From IMG/VR virus record IMGVR_UViG_3300025416_000002, positions 1-64,000 of that record: DNA of 64,000 nt; one strand, given 5' to 3'. Below the pieces are notes generated by a model. That model was not told where the DNA came from, made no database searches, and worked only from the letters and a program-made list of their open reading frames with translations. A program made the translations under genes and the position numbers. This document shows, one piece after another, positions 58,392 through 64,000 of the stretch (position 1 is the first letter of the stretch; every line of letters starts with the position of its first letter). This DNA comes from a virus (lineage: Duplodnaviria > Caudoviricetes).

Positions 58392-59411
58392 ATGGCTAAA
58401 GGACAACTAAAAGAGATCTTCGCAGGTCTCGATGCCAGAGTGGTTCTACAGGACATCCTGGGTGTAGGCGAGATCATGGAGAATGGCGACGAGTACATTC
58501 ACTCATGCCCACTACCGTTTGGTGTTCACCGCAATGGTGACCGTAACCCCAGCGCAAGCTTGAACAAAGAAACCCTTCTGTTCAACTGCTTCGGTTGCGG
58601 GGGTGGCAGTGTTATCTGGCTGGTGCAGAACGTACTCAACGTCGATCGTGACGAGGCCATAGCCATCCTGAAGAATGAGGTGGTGGAGCTCAAGGTCGTA
58701 GCGATCGAGGACTTCATCAAGCGTCTGGAGGGTGTCTTCGCTGCCAACCCTTGCGACCGTAATGAGATCCCCCACTACAGTGACAACATCATCAAGCGTT
58801 GGGAAGGTCCTTGCGACTATTTAACTACCAGAGGCGTCTCAGTTGACGTACAACGGGAGATGCGCACGGGGATAGAGATGGGTAGGCTAGAGATGGCTAA
58901 GACCCTCACAGGCGAACGTAGCGTCGCTGTTGACCGTGTAGTTATACCCCACTTCATGAACGGTAGGCTAGTTGGATGGGTAGCTCGCAAGGTCGAGGAT
59001 GTCCAGGGAGTACCCAAGTACCGCAACTCTAAGGGATTCCCACGGGGAGCCTGGTTATTTAACCTAGATAACGCCCGTCAATACGATGAGGTCTACGTAG
59101 TCGAGAGCCCCATGAGCGTCCTGGTCATGAAGTCCAGGGGCATCAAGAACGTGGTGGCTACCTTCGGTGCTAAGGTCGATAAGCAGCAGCTCAACCTTCT
59201 GCGTAGGTTCAACAAGGTCAACGTGTTCATGGACGGGGATGCCCCTGGTCGTATGGCCACAGACCACATCCTTGAGGAGTTACAAAACTATACCAAAATT
59301 GGTATAATTTTGACACCTGACGATGAAGATCCTGCTACTATGGAGATCATCCCCACACCAACAAGTTCGTTTGAGTACCAGTTAAAACACCGTTTGACTT
59401 GTGTTAGTTAA
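58392..59411 (+). CDS. dnaG: DNA primase (CHC2 zinc finger + TOPRIM)
   Basis: CPLPFGVH...FNCFGCG; PKYRNS; VVESPMS; FMDGDAPG. Confidence 0.9.
   Translation: MAKGQLKEIFAGLDARVVLQDILGVGEIMENGDEYIHSCPLPFGVHRNGDRNPSASLNKETLLFNCFGCGGGSVIWLVQNVLNVDRDEAIAILKNEVVELKVVAIEDFIKRLEGVFAANPCDRNEIPHYSDNIIKRWEGPCDYLTTRGVSVDVQREMRTGIEMGRLEMAKTLTGERSVAVDRVVIPHFMNGRLVGWVARKVEDVQGVPKYRNSKGFPRGAWLFNLDNARQYDEVYVVESPMSVLVMKSRGIKNVVATFGAKVDKQQLNLLRRFNKVNVFMDGDAPGRMATDHILEELQNYTKIGIILTPDDEDPATMEIIPTPTSSFEYQLKHRLTCVS
59280..59308 (+). promoter_or_regulatory. Promoter inside the primase 3' end (upstream promoter for SSB)
   Basis: TTACAA-17 bp-TATAAT with TG extension. Confidence 0.7.
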
Positions 59412-59422
59412 GCTGGTACTCT
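59394..59422 (+). promoter_or_regulatory. Second promoter for SSB
   Basis: TTGACT-17 bp-TACTCT with TG extension. Confidence 0.75.
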
Positions 59423-59480
59423 TATGAGTGCAGTAAACAAAAACCAACAGCCCTAGGGCTTCTAAAAGAAAGATACCAAA

Positions 59481-60299
59481 ATGGCATTGCAAAAAGGCAT
59501 GGCTGCCGTAAAGGCCAGCATTGAACGGTCACAGAAGGGCTCAGGCCCCAAGACCTACACCGAAACCAACTGGTTCTATTGGACCGCAGGAGAGACGAAG
59601 GCTCTACGCTTCCTCACGGACAGCAACGACATCTTCGTAGTTCCAGTCCACGAGAACGTACCCACCCACGATGGCAAGAAGAAGACCTTCGTCTGCCGCA
59701 GTGTGTTCGACGCCTCATGCGAGCTGTGCGCTCGTGCCAAGGGCGAGCCAGGTGCGTACCGTCGTGACGTTGGTTACGGTGTCGCCGTACTTCGTGAAGA
59801 AGTGCGTGAAGACGGTAAGCTCACCGGCTACCGCGACGTTACTACCACGTACGAAGACACTGTCGACGGCAAGGTAGTTACCAAGAAGAAGCCATACGTG
59901 GGCATTGTCTCGCAGGGTATGCGCAACTTCTGGAACCAGATCGCTGTCATCAGCGAGAAGTACGGTAGCCTCCGTGATCGAGAGATCGAAATCCTGCGCA
60001 ACGGTCAGGGAACTGACACCACGTACATGGCATTTCCTCTCGACAAGAAGGAGATCGAGAACATCGACACCCGCTACGCAAAGTTCCTTCCAGATATCGA
60101 GGCTTTCCTCAACCGTATCGGCAGCCAGGAGTACTACGATGCTCAGCTGCACGGAATCGTCAAGGAGAAGGAAGTGAAGTCACCCTCCTCCTCTGCTTCC
60201 TTCGCTGAAGACGATGACGAGTACGGCGAGGAAGAGTTCGTCGGTATCTCGGAAGAGACTACTGCTGACCGTCTACGCCGGAAGATGGCTGGGCAGTAG
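59481..60299 (+). CDS. Phage ssDNA-binding protein (gp32-like)
   Basis: TKALRFL, C...CELC zinc site, RNGQGTDTTY, acidic C-terminal tail. Confidence 0.8.
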   Translation: MALQKGMAAVKASIERSQKGSGPKTYTETNWFYWTAGETKALRFLTDSNDIFVVPVHENVPTHDGKKKTFVCRSVFDASCELCARAKGEPGAYRRDVGYGVAVLREEVREDGKLTGYRDVTTTYEDTVDGKVVTKKKPYVGIVSQGMRNFWNQIAVISEKYGSLRDREIEILRNGQGTDTTYMAFPLDKKEIENIDTRYAKFLPDIEAFLNRIGSQEYYDAQLHGIVKEKEVKSPSSSASFAEDDDEYGEEEFVGISEETTADRLRRKMAGQ

Positions 60300-60305
60300 T
60301 CCCCT

Positions 60306-60383
60306 GTAGAGTGAGCCAGTGGAGTTGGTTGGTAATGTTTCCCTTCCTTTCTGTTACCGAATCAGCTCCACTGGTCACTCTAC
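60306..60383 (+). ncRNA. Long RNA hairpin with a pyrimidine-rich anti-SD-like loop
   Basis: About 30-bp stem with G-U wobbles and two G bulges; 16-nt loop GUUUCCCUUCCUUUCU. Confidence 0.65.
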
Positions 60384-60405
60384 CTAACCAACAAGAAAGA
60401 ACACA

Positions 60406-60696
60406 ATGACATTGAATGCACTAGAAGACAAGGTAATCATTAAGGTTGCCAAGGTCGAGGAGACCACCGAGAGTGGTTTCTATCTTCCAGAAACTGCAAC
60501 AGCTATGCCAGACCAAGGCACTGTTGTAGCAGTGGGACCAGGCTGGACTGCTAGCAATGGAACCGTAATCCCAACTGGAATTAGTGTTGGCGATGTGGTA
60601 TTGTTCAACCGCAGGGCTGCTCAGAAGATCACGGTAGACGACGAAGAGTATCTCGTCTTCCTGTCTGAACACATCCTCGGCATCTTTACCGAGTAG
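60406..60696 (+). CDS. groES: GroES-like co-chaperonin
   Basis: LEDKVIIK...TESGFYLP...GTVVAVGPG...VGDVVLF...EEYLVF.EHILG. Confidence 0.93.
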   Translation: MTLNALEDKVIIKVAKVEETTESGFYLPETATAMPDQGTVVAVGPGWTASNGTVIPTGISVGDVVLFNRRAAQKITVDDEEYLVFLSEHILGIFTE

Positions 60697-60751
60697 CGTT
60701 GCAAGACCTGGGTACGTCATTAAACTACCCAACTAACAAGTAAGGATTACC

Positions 60752-63700
60752 ATGACAGATAAACTTGTCCACCTCCACGTTCACACCGAACACTCATTCC
60801 TGGATGGACTTCAGACAGTAGACCAGCTCGTAGATCGAGTGGTATCTCTCGACCAAGAAGCTGTAGCTATCACTGACCACGGTGAGTGCAGCGGTCACCT
60901 TCGCCTTCAGCATGCAGCTGACAAGGCTGGCATCAAGCCTATCTTCGGTATGGAAGGATACTTCACCGACAACCGGTTCGATAAGACTGGTAAGAAGGGT
61001 GAGAACTACGACCACATGACCATCGTGGCTATGAATGCCAAAGGTCTGGAGAACCTGTGGTCTCTGTCGAGTCTAGCTTATATCGAGGGTAGCTACTACG
61101 GCAACCCACGCTTTGACTGGGAACTCCTGGAGCGTTACAACGAGGGCCTGATCGTTACTGGTGGCTGCATGGGTGGCTGCATTGGTAAGCACCTCAAGGA
61201 TGATGGTATCTACCAGCGTGCTGTAGAACGTATCAGCCGTTACCAAGCCATCTTCGGTGATCGTTTCCACCTTGAGCTGCACACTTACCTTGACCCTGAG
61301 AGCAACGAGTGGAACATGCGAGTGGCCGAAGCAGCCATTGACTACAGCGTTCCTCTGCTTGCTGTCAGCGACGCACACTACGCTGAGCCTGACCACTGGT
61401 TTGCTCACGAGCTCATGACTGCTGTGCAGATGGGCAAGACTGTTGACGACCCCACACGATTCAGCTACGGTCCTAACCAGCTGTGCATCTTCTCAGAGGA
61501 GGAGACACGTAGTCGTCTAAGTTATTTGCCTGAGTCACTCGTTGACCAGGCGATCAATCGCACCAACGAGATTGCACAGATGTGTGATGCCCGTGTACCT
61601 GGTGCACGCAAGATGCCTGTGTTCTACAACACTGCAGCGATGGACGAGCGCAAGCTCCGTGAAACTGTAGAAGAAGGCTTCAAGCGAAAGATCGAAGGCC
61701 ACGTAACTGAAGAGATGCTCCCTGTCTACCGTGAGCGTATCGAATATGAAATGGATGTCATTGTAACCCGTGGGTTCCCGGGGTACTTTCTAACCGTACA
61801 AGACATTATTAACTGGAGTAAAAATGAAAACTTTTTGGTTGGTCCTAGCCGTGGTTCAGTCGGCGGAAGCCTTCTTGCTTATGTTATGGACATCACGGAA
61901 GTCGATCCGATCCCTTCTGGCCTTATCTTTGAGCGCTTTCTTAACCCTGAGCGCGTCTCTATGCCTGATATTGACATTGACATGCCAAAACTTGAGCGTG
62001 GAATGGTGCGCGACTATCTGGAGCGTAAGTATGGCCGCAACAATATTGCTTCTATCGGCACTCTCAACACGTTAGGCGCACGCCAGGCTATCCGAGACCT
62101 ATGTCGTGGCATGGGCATCAGCAAAGACGATGCAGCAACCATGTCTGACATCATCGATGACGACTGGAACATCAAGAACCGTGGTGCAGACTGGGCTACC
62201 GTCTACAAGCAGTACCGTTCTGAGTACGCTCCATGGGTTACCAAGTACCCACAGCTCTTCGAGACACTGCCTGAGGTAGTCAACCACATCCGCCACGCCA
62301 GTGCACACGCTGCAGGCATTGTGATCAGCAAGGAACCACTCGTTGGTGCTATGCCATTGCGCTACAGCCAGGTGAACGATGATATCCGTACGCAGTTTGA
62401 CATGGGCGACATCGATGAGCTGGGCTTTGTCAAGATCGACTTGCTCGGTCTACGTACGTTGAGTACACTCATGGCTGCATTGGATCTAATCAAGGAGAAC
62501 AACGGTGGCACCCTACCTTTTGACCATTTCTATGAATGGAACAACAACTGGTCAAAGTATTACGACGACGCTGGTGTCTGGGACTCAATTGGCACCGGTC
62601 ACAATATTGGATGCTTCCAGATCGAGACAGGTTCCCTTAGAAGTTTGGTTAAGCGATTCCTCCCTCGTAACATCGAAGACCTCTGCACAATGATCGCTAT
62701 CTATCGTCCGGGTATTACCCGAGCGGTGGATGCAGAAACTGGCTTGAACCTCCTCGAGATGTACATGCAGAAGCGAGAAGGCAAGCGCAGGGTAACCTAC
62801 AAGCACCCTAAGCTAGAAAAGATGCTGGGTGTCTCGTACGGTAGTTTCGTGTACCAGGAGCAGATCATGGAGACCTGCGTCGAGCTCGCTGGGTATACCA
62901 TCGTAGAGACTGACCGTGTGCGTAAGGCAGTGGCCAAGTCTAACTACGAAGACATGGTGGAAGAAGCTGAGATCTTCGTGCGCAAGTGCGTGGAGAACGG
63001 CGTAGACAAGGAAGTCGCCAAGTCGATCTTCGATGACATGCGTGCCTTTGGTATGTATGGATTCAACAAGTCTCACGGTTATGGCTACTCCATGCTGACC
63101 TACTGGACTGCCTGGACCAAGCACCACTACCCGCGTGAGTACATGACTGCGCTGTTCCGTACCAACCCCAAGGACAATGTGGTCTACACCCGTGAGGCTC
63201 GTCGCATGGGCATCGAGGTGCTGGGACCTGACATCAACGAGAGCGGTGGCAACTTCACCCTTACCAAGTCAGGCAGCATCCGCTATGGCTTGAATAGTGT
63301 CAAGTACATCTCTGGCTCTGCCCAGGAGCTACAGAAGCTGGGTCCATTCTCAAGCATGGAAGACTTCGCAACGCGTGTCCCATCGAAGAAGGTGAACAAG
63401 CGTGCTGTCATTGCCATGATCAAGTGCGGTGTGTTCGACAGCATCTGTGGAGACGCTCGGACAGCTCTGCGCCAGTACCTCGAATACCGTAAGGAGAAGA
63501 ACCTTGATAATCCTTGTAGCCCTGATTGCCCTCATTGCATTGGACATCTCACTACATTTGATTGCTACGCAGATCTGCAAGAGAATGTCATGGCTCGCGG
63601 ACAAAACGAGCATGAGCTACTGGGGACTATGGTTAGTGTCGATCCTCTTGCTGATTATCTGGGCATCATAGAAGAAGAGCACAATTTCCCTGGAGAGAAG

Positions 63701-64000
63701 AAGATGTTCCAGGGAGAGAAGGCTATGATCGGTGGGATGATCTCCCAAGTCAAGGAGCTGGTCACCAAGAAGGGCAAGAACCCTGGGGCGGAGATGTGCC
63801 AGGTGTGGATCGAGCTGCCCATTGACAACCTTGACGATGAGCTCATGCTTGACGAAGATGTAGAATCAACCAAGGATGACAACGTCCAGGTGGTAGCATT
63901 CCCTGATACGTATAAGCGTATCAAGGAAGATATCCAGGTGGGTACCCCCGTCCTGGTAGAGGTGCAGAAGCTCCGTGATGGATTAAGTCTTCGCAGCATC
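60752..64000 (+). CDS. dnaE: DNA polymerase III alpha subunit (3' end beyond window, no intein seen)
   Basis: HLHVHTEHS PHP domain, RGS..GSL.AY, FERFLNPER.SMPDIDID, YQEQIM, YGFNKSH. Confidence 0.96.
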   Translation, partial: MTDKLVHLHVHTEHSFLDGLQTVDQLVDRVVSLDQEAVAITDHGECSGHLRLQHAADKAGIKPIFGMEGYFTDNRFDKTGKKGENYDHMTIVAMNAKGLENLWSLSSLAYIEGSYYGNPRFDWELLERYNEGLIVTGGCMGGCIGKHLKDDGIYQRAVERISRYQAIFGDRFHLELHTYLDPESNEWNMRVAEAAIDYSVPLLAVSDAHYAEPDHWFAHELMTAVQMGKTVDDPTRFSYGPNQLCIFSEEETRSRLSYLPESLVDQAINRTNEIAQMCDARVPGARKMPVFYNTAAMDERKLRETVEEGFKRKIEGHVTEEMLPVYRERIEYEMDVIVTRGFPGYFLTVQDIINWSKNENFLVGPSRGSVGGSLLAYVMDITEVDPIPSGLIFERFLNPERVSMPDIDIDMPKLERGMVRDYLERKYGRNNIASIGTLNTLGARQAIRDLCRGMGISKDDAATMSDIIDDDWNIKNRGADWATVYKQYRSEYAPWVTKYPQLFETLPEVVNHIRHASAHAAGIVISKEPLVGAMPLRYSQVNDDIRTQFDMGDIDELGFVKIDLLGLRTLSTLMAALDLIKENNGGTLPFDHFYEWNNNWSKYYDDAGVWDSIGTGHNIGCFQIETGSLRSLVKRFLPRNIEDLCTMIAIYRPGITRAVDAETGLNLLEMYMQKREGKRRVTYKHPKLEKMLGVSYGSFVYQEQIMETCVELAGYTIVETDRVRKAVAKSNYEDMVEEAEIFVRKCVENGVDKEVAKSIFDDMRAFGMYGFNKSHGYGYSMLTYWTAWTKHHYPREYMTALFRTNPKDNVVYTREARRMGIEVLGPDINESGGNFTLTKSGSIRYGLNSVKYISGSAQELQKLGPFSSMEDFATRVPSKKVNKRAVIAMIKCGVFDSICGDARTALRQYLEYRKEKNLDNPCSPDCPHCIGHLTTFDCYADLQENVMARGQNEHELLGTMVSVDPLADYLGIIEEEHNFPGEKKMFQGEKAMIGGMISQVKELVTKKGKNPGAEMCQVWIELPIDNLDDELMLDEDVESTKDDNVQVVAFPDTYKRIKEDIQVGTPVLVEVQKLRDGLSLRSI
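61761..61789 (+). promoter_or_regulatory. Promoter inside dnaE upstream of nested ORF A
   Basis: TTGTAA-17 bp-TACTTT; dyad AACCC-GT-GGGTT at 61765-61776. Confidence 0.65.
61824..62075 (+). CDS. Candidate overprinted three-TM membrane protein (83 aa, +1 frame of dnaE): nested ORF A
   Basis: Own promoter; GGAG 5 nt before ATG; dnaE codon flip; stop formed by a rare TTA codon. Confidence 0.65.
   Translation: MKTFWLVLAVVQSAEAFLLMLWTSRKSIRSLLALSLSAFLTLSASLCLILTLTCQNLSVEWCATIWSVSMAATILLLSALSTR
62441..62469 (+). promoter_or_regulatory. Promoter inside dnaE upstream of nested ORF B
   Basis: TTGCTC-17 bp-TACACT. Confidence 0.5.
62505..62693 (+). CDS. Candidate overprinted protein (62 aa, +1 frame of dnaE): nested ORF B
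   Basis: AAGGAG 7 nt before GTG; promoter-like site upstream; milder codon shift. Confidence 0.4.
   Translation: MAPYLLTISMNGTTTGQSITTTLVSGTQLAPVTILDASRSRQVPLEVWLSDSSLVTSKTSAQ
63504..63671 (+). CDS. Candidate overprinted two-TM membrane protein (55 aa, +1 frame of dnaE): nested ORF C
   Basis: AAGGAG 7 nt before TTG; codon flip starts at TTG and ends at a stop formed by a rare ATA codon. Confidence 0.6.
   Translation: MIILVALIALIALDISLHLIATQICKRMSWLADKTSMSYWGLWLVSILLLIIWAS

Noticed and set aside
59275-59411. AT-shifted codons at the primase 3' end as a nested gene
   Set aside because: Explained by two embedded promoters; the +1 frame gives only about 20 codons
60752-64000. Intein or intron in dnaE
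   Set aside because: The frame is continuous through the RGS, YQEQ and FNKSH regions with no splicing or endonuclease motifs
1-64000. CRISPR array, diversity-generating retroelement, integrase/transposase, stop-codon reassignment
   Set aside because: No spacer-repeat array, reverse transcriptase, adenine-specific repeat pair or recombinase was seen; genes are intact in the standard code and end in TAA, TAG and TGA

Overview
A 64-kb segment of a large contractile-tailed dsDNA phage. All credible genes are on the + strand. The major capsid protein, portal, sheath/baseplate set and DnaC-DnaB-primase-DnaE module resemble Bxz1-like (cluster C) actinobacterial myoviruses, and WhiB plus AAGGAG/GAAAGG ribosome-binding sites point to an actinobacterial host. 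Bases 1-41930 encode head, fibre, neck, tail and baseplate proteins. Bases 41962-64000 encode a SNF2 helicase, WhiB, a six-gene glycan cassette, four tRNAs, an Ntn peptidase, a MerR-like regulator, a 5'-3' exonuclease, a LuxC-like protein, and replication genes (dnaE runs off the window). Three unexplained signals stand out. (1) Small genes appear to be overprinted in the +1 frame inside dnaE (three) and the SNF2 helicase (one). Each has a Shine-Dalgarno (SD) site, and two have a -35/17 bp/-10 promoter. The host gene's synonymous codons flip over three of them, and two encode multi-pass membrane microproteins. (2) Ser-Gly dipeptides are strongly enriched in probable surface parts of virion proteins, a candidate glycosylation sequon for the phage's own glycosyltransferases. 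(3) A ~30-bp RNA hairpin displays an anti-SD-like loop, and an Hfq/Sm-like gene lies nearby. All family calls come from motif recognition by eye and all counts are hand counts; no searches were run.
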